Of a stretch of DNA of 32,000 nucleotides, positions 9,880 through 18,567 are shown one piece after another (positions within the stretch are counted from its first letter, which is position 1; every line of letters begins with the position of its first letter). Source of the DNA: Staphylothermus hellenicus DSM 12710. GTDB taxonomy: Archaea > Thermoproteota > Thermoprotei_A > Sulfolobales > Desulfurococcaceae. The translations under genes and the position numbers were made by a program. The DNA is taken from positions 960,001 through 992,000 of the forward strand of contig NC_014205.1 in NCBI RefSeq assembly GCF_000092465.1, given 5' to 3'. The notes under the pieces are model-generated. The model worked only from the letters and a program-made list of their open reading frames with translations. It made no database searches and was not told where the DNA came from.

Positions 9880-12800
9880 TTAGTGTTCCCATTTTCTCTT
9901 CGTATATCTATGTAGTAGATAGAATATAGATGCCAAGAATACGCCTACCATAATAGTCACTATTATATAGTATATTGTGTAATCTTGTTTTTCCGTAGTA
10001 GTAGCGATAGGTGTTCTAGCTTCTTCAACTATTTTTACCGGCAAGCTGAACTCCTTCTTATAAATCCCGTTATAATCATCTCTATATCCTAAGATTAACG
10101 TGATATTATGTGTGGGGGGATTCTTTATTTTAGCTTCAAGCCTAAATGCTGCTTGTGAAGCTGGGTCGATATCGCCGATAAATGATAGTGCTGAGTAGTT
10201 CTCATATACTAGTTTAACATATGTGCTTCTAGCACTAGATACGCCGTAATTTATAATTAAGCCATTAACCACTAATTTTCCACTACTATATTTTACACTA
10301 ATGTCTGGAGAAATCTCTAAATCTATGAATGGGGCAACTCTAGCTGCAACTGTTGTGTTTAGAATGTTAATATTTCCACTTATATCCCTATACATTATGT
10401 TAGCACTAAACGAGATTGTTAGAGAAGAGACTGATGCCCCACCATAACTTATTGATACCGGATTATATATCACCATGTACCTAATTGTTTTGTTTGTTCG
10501 GCTCTGAATAGTGCCTACGTATTTAACATTGTCTAATGGTACAGCGTTCATAGATGCTGGTGCAAGTAGTATATAGGTGTCATAGACAGCGTTTTCACTG
10601 GGATTAGTAATGATTAAATCAATATATCCCGTACCATTATCGAATACTATTAGAGGAGTTTTAGGCAGGACATCAATTTCTAGCGGTTTACCTATAACTA
10701 TGAAGGGTATCGATATATTAATTACATGTACACTGCCCCAGTGATCAACGAAGTTTATTGCTCCATGTATCTTGGAGTAATAGGGTTTTGACAGGTTAAG
10801 GTTTAGTTTTAGTGTAAACGATAAATAATCTCCCAAGCTAGCTGATTGTCCCGAAGGCATTGATTGTTGCATAAGTAGTGTAGCTAGTTGTTGTTGAAGA
10901 TTCTGTGATGCCTGAATGGATGGTATTATCGCTTGCGGTGTTATATTTACTACCCTAGTATTCGTTACTGAATATGTTATATTATCTGGTAGTACTCCGG
11001 TAAAGTATATACCATTCATTGATGGTATCTCATTGTTTCTAACAATGAAGTAATAGGTTGCACCATGGATTACTAGTGGAGGCTGGCCGCCGAGCCAACC
11101 ATATTGTATAGTTGTTAATGCTTTTTCGGGATCCTTTATTTCCAATACTACCGGGATAACTATAGATTTCCTATACCCGCCATTGTTTGCGTATACATAG
11201 TAGTCAACAATGATTTTCGCATTATATATTCCTGGATCAACATCTCCTATGTCAAGTGTGAATGATGCTGTAAATGTTTGTAGAGACTGTACTGGTCCCT
11301 CAACATAGTATAAATCGTCATGTATATTGTGGGGTACTATATTGTTTGGAGGCAATATTTTAACCACTATAGAGCCTATACCATATGGTTCGAGATTAGC
11401 TAGGGTAACCGTATAAACTGTTTTCTCCGATCTAGGATATACCGGCCAATTATTTATCCATCCACTTGAAACCAAATATATGCTATTATTATTTAATTGT
11501 GCACCATAGCTTGGTAGATCCAATTTTATACTGTATTCTTTCTCCATGTTATTATATGATCCATATATTCCCTGGAGATAACTGGTTTTAACAATAAATT
11601 CTTTCATTCCTGCAGACGTGTCTTGTAGGTCTAGATAGAATGTAATGGTACATGTTGCACCAGCAGCTAGCGTGTTGCAGACTTGATCATTGTTTAAGAC
11701 TTTTATTGATTTATCCAGGGGTATTATCTTTGATCTAAAAGCATATACTGGGTATTCACCCAAGTTGAGAAACGTTAATGTTAATGGTGCTTTTTTATCG
11801 CCGGGATATATCGTGGTTGGAGTGTTTGTTCCCCAATAATGTCTAATGAGGAGTATTCTCGAGGCATATTTTGATGGATCCTCTATTGTTACATTGTAGT
11901 AGATAGTTTGTTTATGTTTTACTAAAGCACCATTACTGTTAATGAACATTTCAATATTTAGTTTTAACATATAAGTTCCCGGTGTAATATTCCCTACTCG
12001 TAACACATATGATATGGTCGTAGAGGATCCGCTCAACAAATTATTTATGAATTGAGTATTAGACCCAATAACCTCTATCCCATGAGGAGATTCTAGTTCG
12101 ACTTTTAGAGAAGTGATTGTATCTCTGAAATTGTTTAACAATATAAAACTAATGATTTCACCATTGCTATTTGGTAGTAAGGGTGAGGGTTGTCCTTGAT
12201 AAGTTGTTCTTACACCTAATACTATCAAGGGGTTAAATGGTGAATTAATACTTAAACATACAATTATAGACTTATTTGCTTCATATACACCGTTTCCATG
12301 CTCCATGACTGCGTTTATAGATAGGTTAAATACTAGATGATCAGACTCAATACTATCTAGGTTTAAACCGTTGAATGTAATAGTGAATGCTTGGAGATAA
12401 TTAATATTATTATTTATAACCCTAACTATTTCTTTTTCACCATTAGGACCATATACTCCGCTTGGCAAGTACAGCTTAAAAATTATTTCACGTATAGTAT
12501 CCTGTGAGAAGCTTTGAAACGTTAAATATAATCCTACATTGTCAGCAGATGAAGATATAGTATCTGTCGTCCATCCCTTATCTATCAATGAAATATTTAG
12601 TGAAGGCTTAAGTATAGTTAATATGATGACGTATGTCTTATTAAGCCAAGTTTGGCTTCCATCAATGGTTATTAGCATTGATTGTTTTAGTACAATATAT
12701 GTTGTTCCGGTAATATTGTTTGAAATATTTATATTATCATAGTTGAGGCTGAAAATGTCTCCATATGTTAATGGATTATTAACAACATATATGTCATAGT

Positions 12801-14535
12801 TGTCGCCGGTGTTCTCCGAGGTTATACCGTTAGGATAATATATTACTGTATAGATCTTATTGATAGTTGTATCAGCAACTATTTGTTCAACGACACTAAG
12901 CGATGCTCCGTTTTCTCCAGCATATGCTTTTCCTCCTCTCCAATAATAATTCAATATATTTATGGGGTCAACATATGGATTACTAATTTGTATTATTAAT
13001 GTATAATTCAATAATACATTAGAATATGATCCATCAGCATTTCTCAGTAGTAGAAATAATGAGAGCTTCGCAGTATAGTTTCCGGGTCTCGCCTCCGCAG
13101 ATACATCTATTGGGGAGAAAGTTATTGTGGTATATGAGTTACTTGGAATAGCGATGTTATCGTGTATTATGGTTTCTGGATAGAATACCTTTTTATCTAA
13201 GTATAATATAGCTGTTCCACTAACTACATCTGAGTAATCCTTATTGATAATTATCACTCTCAACTCTTGATCAATTGATCCAGGATATACTTTATAATTG
13301 CTCCAATAAACATTAAACACATCTATTTTGGGTAGTGAACGGTTTAGTTTTATATAGAAAGAGTTTGTCCAATTAACCCAGTAAGATGATCCTTTATACG
13401 TTACTACTCCGTGAAACTCTATATTTACAATAATATAAGATATATTCTCCTCTATGCTTAAACGATCAGATGTAACAGTAAATGTATTACCATAGTTTAT
13501 CGGGCCCCTAACAACTACTACTGAGCTATGGGAGCCATTAATAAATTCTGCATTATGAACACTTATCTTTGCAACTAATACATTGAGAGTTGAGGAATCC
13601 ATGCTCTGCATTGTGACATAGAATCTCGTATTTCTACTTCCAGGTAATGGATGATTAGTTGCTAATCCATAATCTAATATGGTGTATCTATAAGGAGGTG
13701 TTTTCTCTATTGTTATGTTGAATGGTATTGTTGTATTATCATTATATACTACTCCATCACTAGTCGCCATTTGCGCAGAAATTTTCAAATACCCACTATA
13801 TCTTCCCGGCTTAGTATCAGGCAATATTTCTAAATTATCTATTGATATTGTAAATACTTGGTTTGAAACAATATTTGATATGGATGTTCTTGAACTATTG
13901 GGTTTAATGAAGCTTGGCAGTTCAACTTTTACATCAGCATATCTGATTGTTGAATTACCTGTGTTTTCAAGCTCTATAACCAGAGTTACTGGATTAGCTC
14001 CTGGGTATCCGTATGGTGTAAAATATGATTCTCTAAACGATATGGATAAGCTGGGATATGGTTTTACTTCAGCAACGATCACGTGTTGCTCTGACATAAA
14101 TGTATTGTTGGACTTATATGTTATATTTAAGTTAAACGAATATGTTCCTGGCGAGACATTTTTACTAACATCTATGCTGTATTGAAACCTAACCATTTCG
14201 CCTGGCGAAACCTTCTCAACAACGTTTCCATCAAAATCCCTTGCTGCACTACAACTACTTGTAACTACAGAAAATCCCTGAGGGAGATCGATACATGCAT
14301 AAATATTGGATGCATTAATTGTTGTATTAGAATAATACATAGCATCCACGAGCAAAACAGCATTTTTACTTCCAGGATAAACATCTCCACCCGTGGATGA
14401 CCTAAATTTTACGTTTTTAATTTCGAAATAAACAGTGGAACTACTAGTAGTGTTTCCAATATTAAATATAGGATACATGGAGAGAAGTATCGATATTAGT
14501 ATAATCATTGAAATAAGTCTGAATACAGATTTCAT
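9880..14535 (-). CDS. giant (1551 aa) secreted, membrane-anchored surface protein built of about 10 degenerate beta-sandwich (CARDB/COG1361-like) modules; probably N-glycosylated
   Basis: N-terminal signal/anchor is MKSVFRLISMIILISILLSMYP. The C-terminus has a Thr-rich stalk, a TM helix and a basic tail (TPIATTTEK...IIVTIMVGVFLASIFYLL-HRYTKRKWEH). A paired PG signature recurs (see findings). I count about three dozen N-x-S/T sequons by hand. No catalytic motif seen. Confidence 0.8.
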   Translation of the reverse strand: MKSVFRLISMIILISILLSMYPIFNIGNTTSSSTVYFEIKNVKFRSSTGGDVYPGSKNAVLLVDAMYYSNTTINASNIYACIDLPQGFSVVTSSCSAARDFDGNVVEKVSPGEMVRFQYSIDVSKNVSPGTYSFNLNITYKSNNTFMSEQHVIVAEVKPYPSLSISFRESYFTPYGYPGANPVTLVIELENTGNSTIRYADVKVELPSFIKPNSSRTSISNIVSNQVFTISIDNLEILPDTKPGRYSGYLKISAQMATSDGVVYNDNTTIPFNITIEKTPPYRYTILDYGLATNHPLPGSRNTRFYVTMQSMDSSTLNVLVAKISVHNAEFINGSHSSVVVVRGPINYGNTFTVTSDRLSIEENISYIIVNIEFHGVVTYKGSSYWVNWTNSFYIKLNRSLPKIDVFNVYWSNYKVYPGSIDQELRVIIINKDYSDVVSGTAILYLDKKVFYPETIIHDNIAIPSNSYTTITFSPIDVSAEARPGNYTAKLSLFLLLRNADGSYSNVLLNYTLIIQISNPYVDPINILNYYWRGGKAYAGENGASLSVVEQIVADTTINKIYTVIYYPNGITSENTGDNYDIYVVNNPLTYGDIFSLNYDNINISNNITGTTYIVLKQSMLITIDGSQTWLNKTYVIILTILKPSLNISLIDKGWTTDTISSSADNVGLYLTFQSFSQDTIREIIFKLYLPSGVYGPNGEKEIVRVINNNINYLQAFTITFNGLNLDSIESDHLVFNLSINAVMEHGNGVYEANKSIIVCLSINSPFNPLIVLGVRTTYQGQPSPLLPNSNGEIISFILLNNFRDTITSLKVELESPHGIEVIGSNTQFINNLLSGSSTTISYVLRVGNITPGTYMLKLNIEMFINSNGALVKHKQTIYYNVTIEDPSKYASRILLIRHYWGTNTPTTIYPGDKKAPLTLTFLNLGEYPVYAFRSKIIPLDKSIKVLNNDQVCNTLAAGATCTITFYLDLQDTSAGMKEFIVKTSYLQGIYGSYNNMEKEYSIKLDLPSYGAQLNNNSIYLVSSGWINNWPVYPRSEKTVYTVTLANLEPYGIGSIVVKILPPNNIVPHNIHDDLYYVEGPVQSLQTFTASFTLDIGDVDPGIYNAKIIVDYYVYANNGGYRKSIVIPVVLEIKDPEKALTTIQYGWLGGQPPLVIHGATYYFIVRNNEIPSMNGIYFTGVLPDNITYSVTNTRVVNITPQAIIPSIQASQNLQQQLATLLMQQSMPSGQSASLGDYLSFTLKLNLNLSKPYYSKIHGAINFVDHWGSVHVINISIPFIVIGKPLEIDVLPKTPLIVFDNGTGYIDLIITNPSENAVYDTYILLAPASMNAVPLDNVKYVGTIQSRTNKTIRYMVIYNPVSISYGGASVSSLTISFSANIMYRDISGNINILNTTVAARVAPFIDLEISPDISVKYSSGKLVVNGLIINYGVSSARSTYVKLVYENYSALSFIGDIDPASQAAFRLEAKIKNPPTHNITLILGYRDDYNGIYKKEFSLPVKIVEEARTPIATTTEKQDYTIYYIIVTIMVGVFLASIFYLLHRYTKRKWEH

Positions 14536-14610
14536 TTTATCTTCCCCAATATTTCTTCATTACCTTATCATATTGATAATAGTATATTTCGTACCGAGTT
14601 AAATAATTTC

Positions 14611-15330
14611 TCACTTCACAGTTTGAAGAATACATTTATCAGGTACGGGTTTTTCTTCTCTTATTATTACTCCGTCTCTCAATATGTATATTTTCTGCGT
14701 ACAATTAGCCACTTCAGGATCATGTGTTACCATTATAATTGTTTGTCCTTTGCGATTAAGATCTATAAATGTTTTAATAACAGACTTAGCTGATTTTCTA
14801 TCTAGGTTTCCAGTGGGTTCATCCGCTAGTATTATCTCTGGTTCACCTACTAGTGCTCTAGCAATGGCTACTCTTTGTTGCTGGCCACCACTAAGCTGGT
14901 TTGGATGTTTAGGTAGCCATGATAAGTCTCCACCAGCCATTAATAATGCTTTTTTGACCCTTTCTATTCTTTCTTTCCTAGGGATTTTCCTAACGATTAG
15001 AGGTAACTCAATATTTTCAAGAACTGTTAACCTATTTATGAGGTTAAATGATTGAAATACAAAACCTATTTTCATATTGCGTATGCGAGCTAGTTGTTTT
15101 GATTTTAGTTTTGAAACATCTATGCTGTCTATTAGTATTTTTCCTTCAGTGGGATGATCTAGTAATCCGATCATGTTTAGCAGTGTTGTTTTGCCTGAAC
15201 CGCTTGGCCCCATTATTGATATGAACTCTCCTTCGTATACATTTAAGTCTACTCCTCTCAAACCCCACGTGACTACTTCTCCTACTCTATAAAGTTTTTT
15301 GACCCCTACTAGTTCTATAACCTTCTTCAT
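14611..15330 (-). CDS. ABC transporter ATP-binding protein, LolD/MacB-type
   Basis: Walker A GPSGSGKTT, Q-loop, signature LSGGQQQRVAIARAL, Walker B IILADEPTGNLD, H-loop VTHD. Confidence 0.92.
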   Translation of the reverse strand: MKKVIELVGVKKLYRVGEVVTWGLRGVDLNVYEGEFISIMGPSGSGKTTLLNMIGLLDHPTEGKILIDSIDVSKLKSKQLARIRNMKIGFVFQSFNLINRLTVLENIELPLIVRKIPRKERIERVKKALLMAGGDLSWLPKHPNQLSGGQQQRVAIARALVGEPEIILADEPTGNLDRKSAKSVIKTFIDLNRKGQTIIMVTHDPEVANCTQKIYILRDGVIIREEKPVPDKCILQTVK

Positions 15331-15351
15331 TTCAATACATCACTTATAGAT

Positions 15352-16212
15352 CTATCCCTTAATAATGCCCTGCTTCAATAAGCCAATGAATCTTTTACCG
15401 TTAAAGAACTTTGTTTTTACTCCTCTAACCATGAGTATTCTATCTATTTCTTCCTCACCCATTTTTCCCGGGTCATATGTTTTTGATCCTAGTATAAAGT
15501 TGCATGTATAGTTGAAGCTTGGAATCCACACCCAATACTCTGCTAGATGGGGAAATACCTTGGACAAATTATTATATACATAATCATATGCTTCCCTATA
15601 ATAGAAACTATTACCTGCTTGGGTAACAACTACTCCATCCTCACCAAGTATCCTATGTATTTCCCGGTAAAACTTCTCGGAATACAATGGCTTAGCTACT
15701 TCTCCCGCATATGGATCTGTTAAATCAAGAATCACTACATCGTAGTAGTTATTTGGAGCTTCTTTGACATATTTTAGCCCATCCATTATGATTACTTTTG
15801 CTCTCTTATCATAGAAGCTTCCCTGATGCATGTATTCGAGATACTTTTTCGAGAACTCAACAACTTTCTCATCAATATCAACCATTACAGCTTCCTCAAC
15901 AGTTTTATGTTTAAGTACTTCTCTAAGAGTTGCCCCCTCTCCTCCACCTATGATTAATACTTTTCTAGGATTTGGATGCAGAACCATGGCTGGATGAACT
16001 AGTGATTCGTGATAAATATATTCATCTCTCTCAGTGCTCTGAATAAGATTATCTATAATTAATGCTCTCCCAAAATCTTCTAATTCTGCAAGCATTATTT
16101 CTTGGTAAGGAGTCTTTTCTGTTACGAATACTTTTTTAACTTTGAACAAAGACGCTAGCTTTGGGCTAGTAGGCTCTATAATGAATAACCCGCCGGTAAT
16201 ATAGTCTTCCAT
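15352..16212 (-). CDS. speE: spermidine synthase / polyamine aminopropyltransferase
   Basis: Contains LIIGGGEGATLREVLKH, VMVDIDEKVVEFSKKYL, DVVILDLTDP and YHESLVHP, the typical SpeE fold motifs. Confidence 0.9.
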   Translation of the reverse strand: MEDYITGGLFIIEPTSPKLASLFKVKKVFVTEKTPYQEIMLAELEDFGRALIIDNLIQSTERDEYIYHESLVHPAMVLHPNPRKVLIIGGGEGATLREVLKHKTVEEAVMVDIDEKVVEFSKKYLEYMHQGSFYDKRAKVIIMDGLKYVKEAPNNYYDVVILDLTDPYAGEVAKPLYSEKFYREIHRILGEDGVVVTQAGNSFYYREAYDYVYNNLSKVFPHLAEYWVWIPSFNYTCNFILGSKTYDPGKMGEEEIDRILMVRGVKTKFFNGKRFIGLLKQGIIKG

Positions 16213-16319
16213 GATGCCCGCCTCAATACATGTTTTACACGTATTTTATTCTCATTATAGAACATATTATTATTAATATCCTTACTAGAAAATAATGTAT
16301 AGGTTTACGGGGGTTCAAT

Positions 16320-17465
16320 GTGGATGAAAACGAGCTTATAAATAATTTGAGTAAAGCATTGGGCATTGAATACGAGAAGCTCTCAAAACATATAGGTAGA
16401 TCTATTAGGTTAATGAAGTATGGTGAACTGAACTATGCCGTCTTAAGAAGAGATCTCCTAGGATACCGTGAAGGAACAACTATCTTGCTTGGAGACGAAC
16501 CATTAATAGTTCACGGATACCCCAGTATTCAAAGATTAGCGTTTATCGAAGGAGTATCTAAACATATGATAGATAATGTTGTAGTAGAGGAGAAAATGAA
16601 CGGCTATAATGTCAGAATAGTTTATTATATGGGGAACATATATGCGATCACACGTGGAGGATATATTTGTCCATATACAACAGCTAGAATAAGAAAACTA
16701 TACTTTAAAAACATTAAGCTAGCCCATCAAGAATACCCAGACATAGTTTTAGTGGGCGAAGTAGTAGGGACGGAAAATCCCTATGTAGTATATGATTATC
16801 CCGAAGCTAGAGGATTTGATTACTTCATATTTGACACTATGAAAAAAGATAAATTACAACCCCTGAAAATAAGAGACGAAATAGCCGAGAAGTACAGCTT
16901 GAAAGCAGTAAGAGTACTGGATATTATTGATAAGAAAGATATTGATGGGTTAAAATCAATTATAGACAGGTTAGAGAAGGAAAGAAGAGAAGGTGTAGTA
17001 TTAAAAGATCCCTATCACCGTGTTCCACCGCTAAAATATACAACAATATATATTAATATAAGAGATATCTGGGAAGGAATGAGGCATCCCTTCGATGAAG
17101 GAAGAGGATACCTGTTTTCTAGAATAGTAAGGCTAATAGCACAAGGATATGAATATGACTGGAACAATGCTGAGCTAGATAGGATAGCATTAAAACTAGG
17201 AAGAGCAATTCTAGAACCCGCAATTAATTCTTTGAGAAAAAGAGCTAATGGAGAAATTATTGCGTCAAAATATACATTGGTGTTTCCCTCAGAAGATGAT
17301 CTATCAAAATATATAGAGTATGCAGAATCTATAGGAATGGACTTTATATTCAGAGTTGTTGAGAAACGAGAAGATGGATGCATAGTTGTTGAATTATTCA
17401 AAATGAAGGAAACACACAACATATATACGAAAATGCTTAAAACTGGTTATTCACCTCTTGACTAA
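16320..17465 (+). CDS. ATP-dependent RNA ligase, Pab1020 (Rnl3) family
   Basis: The nucleotidyl-transferase motif I is VEEKMNGYNVRIVY (KxxG lysine). Also present are GEVVG and EGVVLKD motifs. The 381-aa size matches the family. Starts at GTG. Confidence 0.8.
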   Translation: MDENELINNLSKALGIEYEKLSKHIGRSIRLMKYGELNYAVLRRDLLGYREGTTILLGDEPLIVHGYPSIQRLAFIEGVSKHMIDNVVVEEKMNGYNVRIVYYMGNIYAITRGGYICPYTTARIRKLYFKNIKLAHQEYPDIVLVGEVVGTENPYVVYDYPEARGFDYFIFDTMKKDKLQPLKIRDEIAEKYSLKAVRVLDIIDKKDIDGLKSIIDRLEKERREGVVLKDPYHRVPPLKYTTIYINIRDIWEGMRHPFDEGRGYLFSRIVRLIAQGYEYDWNNAELDRIALKLGRAILEPAINSLRKRANGEIIASKYTLVFPSEDDLSKYIEYAESIGMDFIFRVVEKREDGCIVVELFKMKETHNIYTKMLKTGYSPLD

Positions 17466-17730
17466 TCCAGGGTGTTCATGCATGGTTGCTTACGAGGTAA
17501 GAGGAGAAAAGATAAAGCTAGCCATAGATCATAAGAAGAAATTATATGCAACATTTATTATTGAATCATACGAAGACACAGACGAATACGTATATATTGA
17601 TCCTGAAGAAATATTGAAGCTGGCCGATCAAATTAGGAACTTAAAGAATAAACACTACAAGGCAGCAAAAGATAAGGAAATAGACCATATAGCTTACAAT
17701 ATATTAGAAGCTATCCCAGTTGAGGAATAA
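17458..17730 (+). CDS. hypothetical small acidic protein overlapping the RNA ligase 3' end
   Basis: The ORF overlaps the ligase stop by 8 nt. The more likely start is ATG 17482 (MVAYEVRGEKIK...). No family recognised. Confidence 0.45.
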   Translation: MTNPGCSCMVAYEVRGEKIKLAIDHKKKLYATFIIESYEDTDEYVYIDPEEILKLADQIRNLKNKHYKAAKDKEIDHIAYNILEAIPVEE

Positions 17731-17780
17731 GAGGAAAAATTTTGTATATAATATAAATTCGATAAAAAGAATTAATTTTA

Positions 17781-17809
17781 GAAAAATATACATAAGAAAA
17801 ATATACATA
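17781..17809 (+). repeat. perfect tandem direct repeat GAAAAATATACATA x2 (15-nt period) in the promoter region of the 17833 gene
   Basis: Read directly: 17781-17794 and 17796-17809 are identical. Each copy carries a TATA-like AAATATA. The pair lies 24-52 nt upstream of ATG 17833. Confidence 0.6.
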
Positions 17810-17832
17810 TTAAGTTTATATGGTGTAATTTC

Positions 17833-18486
17833 ATGGGTAAAATGGAAGTTATAGATATAGATAGCGGTAAACCAAAATTGTCTATCGGTAGGAGAAAATA
17901 TGCTCTTGAAGAAGTGGATGAAACACATTATCAAGCAATAGTATCATATAGAACACTATCCAAGTATATATTCCAAGACTTACCAGCCCCTGAAACCCTT
18001 AGAGGAAACATACTAATAGAGTTTCTACCATTCACTAAGAAAAGCGGTGAATACGCATATGAATCCAAAGGGCTGAGATTCTTTGGCGAAGCAAGTGTTT
18101 GGCGGGATAATGAACGAGGCCATGTCTACTTAGAACACACAGTTTATACTTCTAAATACTCTTTTAATGCATGGATTCCAATTGATCTATACACATTTAT
18201 AATAGTTAAAATAGCCAAGGAGCTTGGTTTTGAAGCAGAAGTTTACCGTGATGAAGCTAATGTCGTAGTTGAAATAGAAAAAACTTATCCATTAGATACA
18301 CCTGTAAGAATAGCACTACTTGAGATCAAAGAAATCGATAGAAAAGCACGCCGTACGCTTGATAAAATCCTATCGAAAATAAAGAAAAAAGACATCAAGA
18401 TCTTAGCTAAAGAGCTAAATACTTCAACAGAAGAAATTCTAAATATATTAAAGATGCCGGAAGAAAAACTTTCAACTCTTCCATAA
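17833..18486 (+). CDS. hypothetical protein (217 aa)
   Basis: Long ORF with typical coding composition and an ATG start. The C-terminal segment DIKILAKELNTSTEEILNILKM is HTH-like. No family recognised. Confidence 0.6.
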   Translation: MGKMEVIDIDSGKPKLSIGRRKYALEEVDETHYQAIVSYRTLSKYIFQDLPAPETLRGNILIEFLPFTKKSGEYAYESKGLRFFGEASVWRDNERGHVYLEHTVYTSKYSFNAWIPIDLYTFIIVKIAKELGFEAEVYRDEANVVVEIEKTYPLDTPVRIALLEIKEIDRKARRTLDKILSKIKKKDIKILAKELNTSTEEILNILKMPEEKLSTLP

Positions 18487-18567
18487 ATATTATTTATTAG
18501 AGCCAGCCATTGGCCCGATATTCTGAGAGTTGATGAGCGAGGCCTCAGATGACCTAATGGTTAAGGG

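Noticed and set aside
12539-14400. Plus-strand ORFs (12539-12742, 13715-14185, 14182-14400) inside the giant gene. Similar antisense ORFs lie inside por, kor, ABC, CPA2, carboxyltransferase and thiolase genes.
   Set aside because: All are shadows on the opposite strand of long, well-supported genes. They have hydrophobic or Cys-rich junk-like translations.
9880-14535. The giant ORF as a tetrabrachion-like S-layer stalk protein. Its size is similar to the Staphylothermus S-layer precursor.
   Set aside because: The sequence is beta-strand-like and repeat-modular throughout. It lacks the several-hundred-residue heptad or undecad coiled-coil region expected of tetrabrachion; only a Q-rich patch of about 30 aa is present.
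18520-18562. A C/D box sRNA in the intergenic region before the DUF72 gene (CTGA-GAGT-TGATGA-GCGAGGCCTCAGATGA).
   Set aside because: Only a D'/C'-like pair is present. There is no upstream C box and no proper terminal D box (CAGA instead of CTGA). The region is short and overlaps the likely ribosome-binding and 5' region of the downstream gene.
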